From Lama guanicoe (taxonomy: Eukaryota), in the NCBI GenBank assembly GCA_013239625.1, contig MU054400.1, forward strand, positions 541,146 through 605,145: DNA of 64,000 nt. Reading direction: 5' to 3'. How positions within the stretch are numbered: the stretch's first letter is position 1; every line of letters starts with the position of its first letter. The translations under genes were made by a program, and so were the position numbers. Positions 1 through 13,212 of the stretch are shown here, piece after piece. Under the pieces are notes generated by a model. It worked only from the letters and a program-made list of their open reading frames with translations, was not told the origin of the DNA and made no database searches.

Positions 1-3000
1 TTGCTACAAACAGGATTGACAAGTAAAAGCAAAAGGCCCCCACTAGAAGGGAAAAAAAAGAAAAAGAGAAAGAAAAAAGACACAAGGATGGCTGCAAGGG
101 AGAGATGTGAGGAAGAGAGGCCAATGTCCAGGCTGTGACCACCCTCATTCCAGGGTGCAGGCAAATTCCTAATAAGCTGTCATTCCCTGTCACGAAGCCC
201 ACAGTGAGCAGAGAAAATGACATTTGCCAGAACGATGCCCAGGGAGGCAACTCACCAGCTCTGCGAGTACCTGTAAGCGTGATGACACATCCCCCAGGGG
301 ACCGGAGCGAGCCACAGACGGGAAAACACACAGCAAAGGAAATGACCGACTTCTGGGGCAGCACGCTGCAGCACTGGGCTGCAGATACTCCCAGTCTTCC
401 TGCAACCCTCCTGGGCCCCTGGCCCCCAGAAGTCCTGGCGCCCAGAGGAAGGGGCACTGCAGATCAGGACTGGCCCCACCCTTCGTGAGCCCCACTCCTG
501 TACACATCAATCTGGACGCTGACAGCTAGGGCAGGAAACAGAAATCAGGGGTGGCGGACAATGAACAGACACCATCGAGGTGGAAAGCAGATGAGGGGGG
601 CCTCAGGCCTCAGGCCTCAGGCTCAGCAGGGGGTGGACTCCGGAGCTTGCTTTACTCTGCTTCACCTTGGCCTCACCTGGCTGCCTGGCCCGGTGACAGA
701 GGAGGTAAGCTGCTGAGTGTGGGGACAGATGCTTTCACTCACTGTGGGTGCAAAGGGCTGTCTCCAAGCCCACCCACATGTGGTCTCAGACAAGCAGCCT
801 AGAACCACCTTACAACAGGGTGCAGAGGAAAAGGAAGGGGGGAAAAATTCCAAAGCCAGACTCCTCAGGCAGGAGCTGGGTCCATCTTCCAGGCCGGTTT
901 TACCTGTTACCATGACAACTGGGCAAGGCTTCCAGGGGGTCCTGAGGCTGTTACTCCAAAGCTGCCACCTCCCTCTTGTGACCTAGTGGGACTCATGGAG
1001 GCATTGCCAAGTGGGTTTCGAGCTGTTCCCCAGTGAAGGGAATCAGGTGTTCAGGGAATACACATGGCAAGGTGAGGCATTTCTTAGGCCTCCTGTGATT
1101 TCTGTCCAAATCCCAGTTCCGCCACCCAGCCATCTCGGGACCCCGATTAAGCTGCCCGCCGCCGGGAGCCTTCCAACAGCAAGATGGTGGGAGGACCCAC
1201 TGCCTCACCGGGGGGCTGTTAGAGCCAAAATTCAAAGTGCAACATGAAAGAGGTTCAGTCCAAAAGACCATAAAGTTTTATGACCACCAACAACCATAGG
1301 GCTAAATTAGGTTCTCTGTAGGTTTTCCTGAAAAGGGAGGTTACCCCTGGTCCGCCACAGGCAGGAGGCTTTGAGAAGAGGCCGGTGGTGACTGGCCATA
1401 CAGGTTCCCAAAGGTCATGACCTGGCCTGGAGGGGAAAGAAGGCTTCACTTCTGAGAGGCACACACTTTGCCAGAGAACCTGGAGCAAGGGGTCCCAAGA
1501 GCAGGTGCAACAGGCAGGAGCCACAGGGAGCAGCTCCATGCTCCAAGCCCTGACCGTGCACTGGACTGCACTGGACTCAGGGAGCCACGAGGGAGTCAGA
1601 CTTGAGGGACCTGGGGCCTTGGGGCCTAGGGGCTGCAGGACTGGTAGATCTGCACACAGAGAATCATCCCTCACACCTCACTAGAAAGCACAATGTGGCC
1701 ACCAGGGGACAGAAGGAAGGGAAGGCACACAGGACGGGGCTGGGAGGTGTGTAGCGTAAGCAAAGGTACAGGCAGGGGAGCAGAGGGTGTCTCGGGGGTG
1801 GTGGTGAGTCCAGCGTGGCTGTGGCCTGAGTGAGTGAAGGAGGACTGAGAGGAAGTGGCGGGCAGTAGGTCCACGTGGACTGCAGAGGGCCTCCCTCGGA
1901 TGCCAAGCTCAGGCCTTTCTGGCCCTTCAGACCCTTGCTTATAGGCAGTGGGGACATACTGAAGGCTTCAGGGAGGGCATAACATGGTCAGAACTAGAAA
2001 AATCTCGTGCAGCTGACTGAGGTCAGAGGTACCAGAGGATAAACAAACAGAATCAGAGAGACGGATCCTGGACACTGGCTCAGGGCCAAAGGGCTGCCGT
2101 GGTTATTATAAACCCACCTGACTAGCTGGGCCCACATTCCCCGCCTATTGGGTAATTCTTATGATGGTTAATCCCACAAACATCCTGTATTTCCTACTGA
2201 GGGCTAGTGCTGCCAGGTGGCAACCTGCCTTTCCGTCACCTCTGGTGGTTTTATAGTTTCCTTTCCCGATTAGAGCATGAGGAAGTGTGGTGTGCACACC
2301 CACCCCAGCCCCCTGCGTCTACTATGACATCCTGATCTCCTCCACCGCACCAAGGTCCAGCACTGGACCCTGGGGAGGACAGCTGTGCCTCAGAGCAGCA
2401 ACCCTGACTCCAAGAGGCTGGACGTCCCCCAACCCTAGCGGGGACACTGCAGACACTGGCGGACTGGGGCCAGAGGCGGGTGGCACTGAGGACCAGCAGC
2501 AACACTTCCTCTCCATCTCAGCTGGGAAGCCCCGCCCTGCCCTCCATTCCACTTGTGAAATGTGAGTTGTTGTGGTGATTGGACGGGACTAAGCCAAAAG
2601 GGAGCAGTTAATAGCTTAGCATGGACAGGGTAAGGGCCATAAAAGGCCATGAAAGCTCACCCCTGTGTGTGGAGCTTGAGAGACAGCCCTCCTTTGAAGA
2701 AGCTGGTGGGCTTGATTGACATGGTCCCTAAGTCCACAGTCCTCTGATACCCTGGAGGCCACACGAATGGGAGGGAGGGGCTCGGCGCTGGTACTGAGTG
2801 GGGGTGAAGCAGGAGGTGGGGAGAGTGGTAAAGAGTTTCTCACCTTAATCCTGGGCAGAGGAAATAGGAGGAAGAAGGAGGGGCAGGGAGAAAGGACTAA
2901 GACCAGCTAATGTTTACTGAGGGTTTGTGTGCCAGGTGCTTCACAGCTCCGTGTACTAAAGACAGAGACCTTCCTCTCCACCAACGAGGAAACCAAGGTC

Positions 3001-3169
3001 TGAAGGACTCAAGCCGAAGGTGGCTGAGCTGGGAAGTAGCAGAGCCAGAACCTAGGCAGCCTGAGCCTCACTCTCTCGCCCCCAGCCCTGGATACCCAGA
3101 CCTGACAAAGACCTCGAGGGAGGGACCCAATGGCCTTGAGAAGGGAGGTGGCGCTGACGCAGTGAGAGG

Positions 3170-3335
3170 GCACTAGGGGACGGGGCCTGGGCTCTGAGCT
3201 GCAGCCCTACTGTTGCTTATGTGGCTTCCTACCAGTCACCTTCCCGTTCTGAGCCTCAGTTTCCTCATCTGCAAAACAGAAGAGTTTTCACACTATCTGG
3301 TCTCAGGGGTCCCCACGAATCCCAGCAAAAGTTAG
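3170..3335 (+). mobile_element. MIR SINE
   Basis: Contains the MIR core ctgagcctcagtttcctcatctgcaaaa. Confidence 0.7.
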
Positions 3336-4249
3336 GGGGTAGAGACGGGGACATGGCCCCCACTGCAAGTCGAATAGCACCACTGTGACCCGCTGTGGAA
3401 AGGGGGCTGAGCAGCATTTTAGTGGAGCAGAAGGGGGTTTTGTTCTTAAAATTCTGTCTGAGAACCCCTGGACCAGGTGTCTCAGAGGCCCCTCCCATTT
3501 TAAACATCCTTTCTCCCCTTAAATGGTGTGTGTGCTGGGGAGGTGAATGAAGAGTCAAGATGACAGCAGTGTGTCTGAGACGGGAGGATGCCGAGAGGCC
3601 AATTTGCTCAACAGATGGTTCACAAAGCCAAAGCCAGATGCCATGAACTCCCTTTCCCTGACCACAGCAATAAAACAGAACACAGGAAGTTCCTAATCTG
3701 TAGATGAGGCAAGCTCCAAATGTTTCCCCTCCCACCTCGTTCTTTTCAAGCCTTAGGCTTCTTATCATTATTATTTTATTACGGGTTCTTTATAGGTATC
3801 ACACAGGACACTCTTAACTGGAAAGGTCGGGCAGACTTCAAGGTTCTCCATGACTTGGTTATCTGGAAGTCCGATCATATTTTCCCAAAGAAATAATCAG
3901 GACGGAGCTGGAGCAGAAGAAATAAGATTAGCTGGGGGAAAGGAAGATAGAGAGGAAGAGACTGTCCTCAGGTGGAAAGTTAACCCTTGGAAGAGAAGGA
4001 CAAGATGAAGATGCAAAAAAACATGGATTAATTGCCTCCCCCCACTCCAAAAAAAGACATGGATTGGGGTGGGGGGTAGATGATGATATGACAAGACTAG
4101 AGGAAAAAAGGCATAAATGCTTGAAAAACTAAAAATGAAATACCTCTGATGCTAAGTTGCATGTGGGGAAAGACAGGAGAGGGAGGCAGAGTTGGGGGGA
4201 GGGCGGTTCTCATAGGGCAAGTAAGGAGGTGCAGGGGAGGATGTGTTAA

Positions 4250-4483
4250 TGTAGACCTGCTTTGCCCAAAGTTTGATTCACAGAACATTCATCACTTGTG
4301 ATGGTTCTTGGAAAACGGCTCTCCAGTCAGACAAGCTCAGGAAACAGTGTTGAGTCCTTCTGGCGGCTATAATGCACACCAGTACACTGCAGCCTCCATG
4401 TTCATGTTATTCAATCCAGCATTCCTCAAATGCATTTGGCCTCAGTCCTCCATTTCGAAAACCACACTTTGGGAGAAGCCCTG
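4250..4483. mobile_element. Degenerate hAT-Charlie-type DNA transposon remnant
   Basis: Ends resemble Charlie/MER5-group termini (cccaaagtttg ... cacactttgggagaagccctg). Confidence 0.4.
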
Positions 4484-4859
4484 TCTTAGGCAGGGTCCAG
4501 TGTTAGCCAGCACAGGGGTGCCACTGGTCCAAGCTGGCTTGCTTAACTGTTCTGCCAGCTTGGACTGGGGCAGGCAGGAGCAAATAGCTGGTATAGGACA
4601 CCTGGAAGTCTGTTGTTTGAAACTTGGGGAATAGCTGTTTAAATCATGTCATAGGAACTTAAGATAGTGGCTAAATGTCACTGGTCCAATATTTGCTTTG
4701 ACTTCACAATTGAAGGGAAATCTCACATGCACCTAAAATACAACCTGTCTGTACATTAGCATCCTGCCCTCCAAGTCTTCCTTAACCACAGTCACCTACA
4801 TGCAAAAACTCTGCATCATCACTAACTCTCTTTTACCCTCTTTACCCAAGTTTATATTG

Positions 4860-5400
4860 TAATCTCATATATAGGCCATCCAGACCACCGCTGTCTATCT
4901 TCCGCTCAGGCAGATTTGTGGGAGGCCATCAAAGCCTTGATGAATAAGATCTGCCATGGTGTCTACAGTGTATCACTCATCTACTGGTACAATAACTGTC
5001 AAAGAGGGAAAGGAGATGCAGCTGGCATGGCTTGTTCTTAGTCCCTGCTGGCTCCTGGTGATGGTGGCTTCCTCTTCCAGGCACTCACTGCCATTGCTTT
5101 AATAGCAGGCTCCTGAATCCTGTCATGATCAACATGTGCTCACTGGCATCAGTTACGTGGTCCTTGATGACAGGGCTTTTCTTAAACAGATATTTGTCGG
5201 ATTGAAGTGACTTGGAATTTGCAGGGCATTTACCTATTGTCTCTTACATAATTCATATATTCTTCTAAGATGACCCGCAACTATCTGGCTACCTTGCCTG
5301 CAGATTTTCTCAGGGACCCGGTCCGTGCCTTACTTGGCCAAGGGACTCAAACAGCCTCGAGGGGGTTTGCCAGCCACCCGCTCTCCCACCTTCAGCTTCA
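4860..5400 (-). mobile_element. Ancient CR1/L3 LINE fragment (reverse-transcriptase region)
   Basis: The minus strand reads ...ECLEEEATITRSQQG/TKNKPCQ...VD...KAFD with frameshifts, resembling the CR1 ORF2 segment HLE..VITRSQHGF.KNKSCQTNL...VD...DFSKAFD. Confidence 0.7.
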
Positions 5401-6088
5401 GTCCTTGAGATTATTAGCAAATTGTTCCCTGGAAGGGTCCTGCTTACCATAAGTGGGGCTGAAAGCTTCAGGACAGGTAGGACTGGGGACTTACGTTTCT
5501 TTATTATCTCTCTGGAGCTCTTTGCACCGGCAGTGCTCCGAAATGCTTGACGAACAGACACACTACTCTTTCTAGCTTCCCTTCTGGTCCAAGGAAGGCC
5601 CACAAAGTCCCTCAACTTTGATGGAAGCTATCAACTGCCAACAATCTTACTACTCAAACTTACTTACTACATACAAGCAGATCCAGAGTTTATCCTGAAA
5701 TGAACGGCCATTCAGCCCTTTAAAAATGGGCAGACTCTGTCTCTTCAGATGAATTTCAGTGGAATTTGGTATGTAGCTTGTTAGATGTCTTATTCTACCT
5801 GGCAGGTTACAATCTATAGATATGCATTTAGGTATTCAGGATAAACTTGAAATACCAAAGTTATACTCTTGGAAAAATTAAAAAACTGTTTGGCATTTAG
5901 CTCATTTGCACTAAGATAAGGAGAGTGGTGGTGGGTGGAGTTGAAAAATGCCAGATGTCGAAAAAAACACTTCCTTTCCTTCATTCCTCATTAGTCTCAT
6001 ATCTGACTGCACAAGCACACATGTGCGTGCACGCAAACACACACACACACATCCGCTCCCTCCCTCCCTCCATCTTCCCGGACCTCAC

Positions 6089-6324
6089 CTGGTTGATAAC
6101 ATAGATGCCATAGTCCAACTGCTGACGCTGTAGGATTGGGTGCAAATAATACAACCAGTACTTGAGGTGTTCCTGTCGGTTGCGGAATGGAATGATGATG
6201 GCCACCTTGTGAGGGGAGATGCAGTCCTTGGGGGCGTAGCGACCACCCAGCTTCACCTCCGGATTCTGTTTCTCCACAAGCTTCAGATCCACAGGCATGT
6301 TAAACTCAATCATCATGGGGCCGA
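6089..6324 (-). CDS. B4GALT1: B4GALT1 coding exon 2 (start of the GT7 catalytic domain; 236 nt)
   Basis: Acceptor ...ccctccacccctctAG at 6326-6325 and donor CAG|GTGAGG at 6088. It joins exon 1 in frame (G|TC = Val) to give VGPMMIEFNMPVDLKLVEKQNPEVKLGGRYAPKDCISPHKVAIIIPFRNRQEHLKYWLYYLHPILQRQQLDYGIYVINQ, which includes the PFRNR motif. Confidence 0.98.
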
Positions 6325-7357
6325 CTAGAGGGGTGGAGGGAAGGAGAAGTGGTCAGGCCACAGGACTCCGCAGGGGCCAGGCTGCTGCCACAGGAGCATC
6401 TCCTCCTGGGAGGCTGTGCGGCCGTGGGAAAGGCACTCACACCTGGCACTAGGCACCATGTCCAGCAAGAGCGTGACCAACCATCCCAGGAAACCCTCCG
6501 GTTACCAGGCAAAGCCACACAGCTGGCCATCCTCTGCAGCACTCACCGTCCCAGGACCCAATCCTCTCAGACTGTTTCTCAACTGAAAAATGGAAATGGA
6601 GTAATTCCTACTCAGACTTCCCAAAAGGCTGTCATCAGGATCGGAGAGCATGGTTGAGAAAGCACTTTCTCAGAAATCCTGAGTTTGAAACCTAACTCTG
6701 CCACCTCCCAGCTTTGTGGCCTTGGACAAACGACTTACATCATCTCTCTGAACCCAGCCTAGTTGGGGAAAATTGTGTGTGTGTCTTCGGAAAGTCAGTG
6801 CTGAGGGAGTCAGCCTGAAATCAGAAGGCAGCAGGGAGTGGCATGACTAACCCCTGTCTCGGGAAGGGGCAGGATGCACAGATGAAACAAACTCGACAGG
6901 CAGGGGCTGGAGGAACTGAAGGGAAACAGGACAAATGGCCGGAAAGAACATCGCAGAAGAATGCTTAGTATAAGTAGGGGATGAAGAAGGGAGGAAAAGT
7001 CAGGGGTGACTCCAAAGTTTCTGGCCTGGAAGAACATGGCTGCAAATGAGAGAAATAAGTTAGTAGGAGAGCTCTTGGCTTAGAAGAAAAATTGACGAGA
7101 TGTGGGTGGTGGATTGCGAGGTAGTGGCGCATTAGGAGGAGAGAAGGCCAAGGTCAAGACCCAGACACGGGCACGGCAGTCTTCGTCTCCTACGTAGAAA
7201 CAGCTGGAGCTCAGAGAGGGCCTCACTCCCCAAAGTCTGAGGGCCGCCCTCCTACAGCACACGTGGTGAGGGCAGGAGAAAGATGACTGGCCCAGGGACA
7301 CACAGGAAATCAGCCACAGAGTCGACACCTAAACCCAGGCCCCCAGTATTCCCGGTA

Positions 7358-7615
7358 GGCCAGACTTTCTCAAAGTGGGTTCCAGGAAACACTAATCCCA
7401 GTAGAACACTCAATGGAAGAACATATCTCCTGGTCAAATAAGTTTGGGAACCCTGCATACTCAGTCTTGCTTCTGGAAAGTCATGGTACACACCAAAGGC
7501 CCTGAGAAGCTGAGCAGTCAAGAACCCCCCTTCACTTTATCTAACCCACTGTTTCCCAAGTTTATTTGGCCACAGAACCATTTTATCAGGGAACACATTT
7601 TGGGAACCGTTACTC
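7358..7615. mobile_element. hAT-Charlie-type non-autonomous DNA transposon
   Basis: Termini cagactttctcaaagtgggttcc ... ggaacacattttgggaac, with internal inverted caaataagtttgggaa / ttcccaagtttatttg. Confidence 0.6.
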
Positions 7616-9417
7616 TAGCGTAACCAGCTTTACCTGTGAAGGAAACTGTCCATAAGAGCAAAGGAAGGAAACAACACTACAAAATAGAAGCCAAACGCTG
7701 ACCACAAAGTCACAGCAAGTTCACCTAAAACACACTGGTGAGGACGACCCAAGGGCCAGGGTGCAGCCCTCTGCCATCCTGCTTGCCCATCTATTGAGGT
7801 TGAGGTTCAACAGCACCTCTTGTTCCCGGGGATCACTCACCCCCCGAAATGAGGCCACCCCCCAAAAAAGGAAGCTGTGACTCCTGCTCCTCTTGCAGGT
7901 GGGCGGATGTGGACTCGCCATCTCCTCCTCCTCTCCCCTCTCCTGCATCCCAAGGACTCTGCATGCCCTCCCTCCCTCTGACACTGACCTAGTTCCACCA
8001 TCGCAGGACCTGCCTCCATTACTTCATTTCCTTCGAAGACGCAGCTCTGATCATATCACTTTCCTGCTAAAACCCTCCAGTGGCTCTAAGGCTGTAGCCT
8101 TGGACAAGGGAAGGTAAGCCCCTAGCTCTTCCGTCCCAGTTCTCCCCCTGCCCCTTTCCTATAAACCATGCCTACGTCCACACTTTCCCCTTTGCCAGAC
8201 ATGCGCTTCCCTCTTGCCGCTAACAGCAAACCTTTGCACTGAGAGACCAGAATCTTAAAATCGAATCCCTGATCTGGTGGGTCCTTTTGCTCTCCTCATG
8301 CCTGCAGAGCTACAGCCCCTGAAGGGGATCTTCAGGGTTCCAAAAGCCCTGGTCCCTCCCTGAGCATGCACCTCCCTCTCTGGAGGGACAGAGGCCTCAC
8401 GGATCAGACCCTCACACGACTGTCTGTTGACCCAGCCCCCGCCTACCAGGGTACCCTCAGGTGTGCAGGTACTATGCTCCAAAACTAAGCAAGGGCTCGG
8501 TGTGGTCCAGTTTTCCCCACATCTATTACCATAATCATGTGAGGCAATCAGTGAAAATACGGATTCTCAGGGCTTTCCCCTGGAGAGTCTGACTCACTAC
8601 ATCTTCGGAAGGACCTACATAAATAACAAGAAGCCCAGTGATTCTTACTGAGCAAGCCGGGCAGCGGGGAGCTGGACCCTCCCCCCTTCATAAGTCTTGG
8701 GGTGTTCATGGAGGTAGCCCTTCCCCACAAGGTCCAGCAGGCCTGGGTTGCTCGACCCCCCAAACCTGAACAAAGCCTTCTACAAGGCCCTGCTGCACAG
8801 GGCACTTGTGAAAAATATGAAAAGAAGATCCGTCATTGGGTTTTTCCCACTTCAAGGGGCCCCACAACATCTGCACCCCACTCCAGCCCGCCCCACCTTT
8901 GGTTCTGAAGATGCTGCTAAACATAACTCCATTTTCGGGAACCCAAGAGGCATCTGGACTGTGACCCTACCAACTTTCTCACACCTTCTGAAACCAACCC
9001 AGAAAACAGGAATTCATACTTGGGCTGCCCAGCCTCCCCGGAGCAGACACCTGCAGGCCGGACAGCGTCTTTGTTGTGCCCCTTTAGCGGTTCCAGAAAC
9101 GTGGTCCTGAGGTAGAGTTTCCTGGTCAGAAGAAAACCTGCTTGGGCCCTAGTTCAGCTCGACCAGTGACTTGCTGGATGATCCTTGGGTGAGTACCATC
9201 CACTTACAGGACACTGGTTTCCCGTTTGCAAATTTCAAGGACTGGAACTCAGATGAACTCTTATTTGACTCCCCACCCCCCCCACCCTCCACCTATGGCC
9301 AAACCTGCTTCTGCTCCAGAGTTCCTTCAGCAACTGATGACACTGTCCACCTAATTATGGGAGCTGAGAACCTGGGTGTTCCATCTGCTATTCCCCCTCC
9401 CCTTCCTCCAACCCCAG

Positions 9418-9418
<1 letters not shown>

Positions 9419-9449
<31 letters not shown>
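9419..9449. repeat. (CA)n microsatellite
   Basis: acacatacacacacacacacacacacacaca. Confidence 0.9.
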
Positions 9450-12400
9450 GGAGGTGGCAACAGCATGAGACAGTCCATCCTTGGGAGCCTACTCAAGCAT
9501 CAAGCCAGAGTCTTTTCTGAAGTGTTGGTTTAATATAAACTTTTCCGGCAGTGTGCCAAGGCCACTTTCAATTAGTTTCCATCCACACTTTCTGGGCACC
9601 TATTGTGTGCCAGGTTATGTGCCAGGTGGGGGAGGTGGGAGGTGATGGGAGGGGCAGGACAATTCCTGACTTCAAGGAGCTCCCTGCTGAGCATGTTGCA
9701 GGACCTACATGAAGGCTGCCCTGGTTCAAGGTTGTCTGAGGGACTTGCTGCCCCAAGGGCTCCAGGCAAAGCTTGATCACCAAACAGCCTCTTCTCCTCC
9801 CCCACTCCCCTCTGGGCTCCTCTCACAAGCCCGCCCCCCACACATCTAGAGCACCCTGACCCTACCCTACCCTCCCTGCCCAACCTGGCAATTCTTTCTC
9901 CACCTTCTCTCCTTGAAGCCGCCGCTGCTCTGAGAACGCTGCAGCTCACACCCCTGAGGTAGGTCAGCGCTCAGCAGCTCTGGCGGTTCCAGACCTGGAA
10001 CTGAGTGCCCTCCTGGGTCCAGTGCCAGCCGGGAGGCCTCCCTGCATGCCCTGCACACCTCCTGCCACGCGGCAGACCTGGCTCTGTCCTAATGAAAGAG
10101 TCCAGGGAGGCCAGACTCCGGGAGGGCAGGGATCAGCTCTGCCCAGAACCACTCAGACCTGCCAGCAGGTCTCAGAGCCACAGCCGGGGCCTCGGGAAGG
10201 AAGCAGAGGGCCGAGGCTTCATGACAACCCTCAGGCCGAGCCAAGGCTCCCTTCTGTGCGGCGCATGGCGTGTGCTACCACAGGCCCTCGGCCCCGCTGG
10301 GCCGGCTTGTGTGTTTTCTTGGCTCTGGGAGTAAGGAGGCAGGGTTACGTAAGCAGATGAGCAGATGTGAGCCTGTCCTCGGCTCCCCCCGCTAAAGCCC
10401 CGCCACGTGGGCCTCTCTGCTGGGAGTCTAGGTCACGGCCTTGCGTGTAAGTCGCTCAATAACTTCAATGTGTGAGCTCAACTCCGATAAATTCCACTGC
10501 TTGCTTGCCGGCACGGCAAACCCAAACACACACATGCCCCTCCATCAAAAGCCCTGCGCCGACCCAGCACAGACTCCCGGCCTTGCCTTTGTGCTCGCTG
10601 AACTACTCTCTCATTCCTCTAGCCTCAGCAAAACAGGCTGGAACATCTAGTCCACTGCTTCCCAACTCACCAGCCACTGGTTCAAGACAGTCCTTAGCCT
10701 GATGAGGGGTGTGACAATGTCTCACCAGCCAGAGACAAAACGGCCAAAGTGGTGCTTTCATTAAGATCAAGGTAATCAATGTATCAGAAACCCATTCTTC
10801 CAAGATGAAGTGCTTCTTACTCTTCAAATGTTAAAATCCCCTTTCTTTATGAAATGATCACAGCGGATTTTGATGCTGGATTGATCTTTTAATTTAATTT
10901 CTTAAAAACCCTTACTTGGCAGTGGTGGTTCAGACCTCCAAGTCTTAAAAATTTCCTGGGCGATGAAATTCACATATTTGGGAACTATAAGAACAATGAC
11001 ATTTTACATTACAGAGCTTCAGTGATCATGAAGAGAGTATGGTTCCCAAGTGGACAAGTGTATAAAATGTAAACGATCAATTAAATACAGAGAAGACATA
11101 GAACATGCTGATTCTTGCATATGATCAGAAAAAGTAACTGTGGTAAAAAATGAAACCATCTTAAACTCTTGAGGCAAAAAATTGTGTCTTTGTAGCTAAC
11201 CATTTGGTAAATAAGGCAAATAAATTACATTTTTAAAATAGTGCCCAGAGCACTGTGGATCAACAAGTTGAGATGTTGGAATCTCTTCCTTGGCCAAGCC
11301 TCAGACATGACAGTACGGCGTGGCCCCTCTTCAAACCATCCCTCCCACTGCCCAGCCCTCACCCCACTACAGTGTTATTCCTCAGGCTTACGTAGGTGAG
11401 CCATTTTGTTCTGCGCCAGTCTTCTAAAGGCCAGACATGCACTGGAAGCCAAGCCAGGCACTACCAGATCCCCAGGCATGGGAATGACAGCTGTCTAGAG
11501 TGGTCCCACCCACTCAGGATGCCCCTGTGACCTCTCACACTAGAAATGAGAAGCACCATCCACTGCACAGGGCTCATCCCAAATCTTCTCTCCAGTCCTT
11601 CAGGGAAGAGAAGCTCTCTAGAGTTCTCCAAGAACTTTGTTGTCACCCATCCAACAGCTGCCTGGCCTCAGTTCAAATATCACCTCCCCAAGGAAGCCTC
11701 CTCAGACCACCCAGGGTTGGTTCTCACTCTCCCTCCATCTCCTTTAAATACCCAGAGCACTGCATGCACTCAGCCATGCCTCTGGTCAGCACACACTACA
11801 TGCCAGCTGGTGCCAGGCATGCAGCAGTGGGGCTGAGTTAAGAAGAGGTCTTTGCCCTTGGTGGGGAGGGAGACAAGCAGCGCAAACAACCATGGTGAGG
11901 GTGACAGTGCTGAGAACAGCTGAAATGGTACAAAGGAAGGGGAATCAACTCCAGGGCCAGGGAACAGAGTTGAGGAAAGCTTTGCAGAGAAGCAGTTGAC
12001 TCCACTGGACCCTCAGCTTCTCTCTGGGAGAAGAGTTATGAGTGTCTACTTGGCTGCCATGGACACAGAGTATGCCAACAAACCTTTGCTGAGTGGATGG
12101 TGCATGGCTACTCTCCCTGCCTCCCTGCCACCCATGCCAGCAACCAAGAGGGTTTTGATAAACCTCGAGAAAACTTGATGGAAGAGCAGAGAGCCGCCTG
12201 ATGGGACTGCTCAAGGCTCACGTTAAGCATTTCTCAATGGGTTTTAAAATCTAACTCACAAAGCCTTCAAAAGTACTGGAAATGATTTATTTCTTAAACC
12301 AGATGTTCAGGGTATTTTTCTTTATACCTTACAGTCTATCTTTAAAATTGAACAATAAATATTTAAAAATACAACCCAAGGACAAGAATTAAGACCCCCT

Positions 12401-13021
12401 CCTTCGTCCTTCTTCCAATAATGAGGTGTCTTCCAAAATAAAGACTTCAAAACATACAACTCCGTGATCAGAAAACAGGAATAATCTACTCCAAAGGCTG
12501 ACTTGATATGTCTCAGGCACACTGCAGCAGAACACAATTTCAACACTCACTGTTCTTTCTGCCAACTCACCATCCAAGCCACTATTAGACCCTGGGGGGA
12601 GGAAACACTTTTTCAACAGGAAGCAGAGCACATCTGTGATCTCAGAACCCTGCATTTGAGGGCATAGAGAAAAACAAAGTATTTGCTCAAAAAATAAAGG
12701 TGCCTGCCAGAGGAGGTCTGGAGAGCAGAGCCCAGGTGGCCAAGGGGAAGCTGGACCAATCCGGCACAGTGGGGCCGGTAGCTCATCTGTTCATCTCTGG
12801 GCTCAGGAGCGGCCCGGCCACGTGCCTTGAACTGCCACACTTTGCAGGTCTTCCAAAATAGGACCTGAAAGCAGCCTGGCCAGGAGTGAACTTCGGTGGA
12901 ACTGCTTTTTCTTGGGCTCTGCTCTCTCTCTCATTAAATTCCCACCCAGGCTTCAAAGGCCAAGCACTCTCATTTGCTTTATTGCATTTGCTTTCAAGAT
13001 CCTATTGAGGTTTCCATCTAC

Positions 13022-13212
13022 TGCAGAGATTCTCAAACTGCAGAGTGCACAAAGAATCATCCAGGGAAGCATGTGAAACTGCAGATGCCTGGATCCTACT
13101 CCCCAGAGCTTCTGATTTGGCAAGTCTGGGGCTGGGGCCCAGGACTCTGCCTTTTTACAAGTGCTCTGGGTAACTTTAATGCAGGTCCCTAGACTATATT
13201 TTGAGAAACTGG
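13022..13212. mobile_element. MER5A-like hAT-Charlie MITE
   Basis: TIR-like ends cagagattctcaaact ... ttttgagaaactg; internal tgcagatgcctgg and ggggctggggcccagga...ctgcctttttacaag are typical of MER5A. Confidence 0.8.

Larger units (their letters stand above)
1..6088 (-). other. B4GALT1: B4GALT1 intron 2 (partial, continues beyond the window start)
   Basis: Starts at the GTGAGG donor at 6088. I saw no exon-3-like sequence (FNRAKLLNVG motif) in 1-6088. Confidence 0.85.

Noticed and set aside
4277..4313. Paired GAS motifs TTCACAGAA and TTCTTGGAA in intron 2, plus other isolated TTCNNNGAA sites
   Set aside because: They lie in a probable DNA-transposon remnant, and the window-wide count is compatible with chance.
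5981..6316. 111-aa ORF as a standalone gene
   Set aside because: It is B4GALT1 exon 2 read from an internal Met and continuing past the donor at 6088 into a (GT)n-containing intron.
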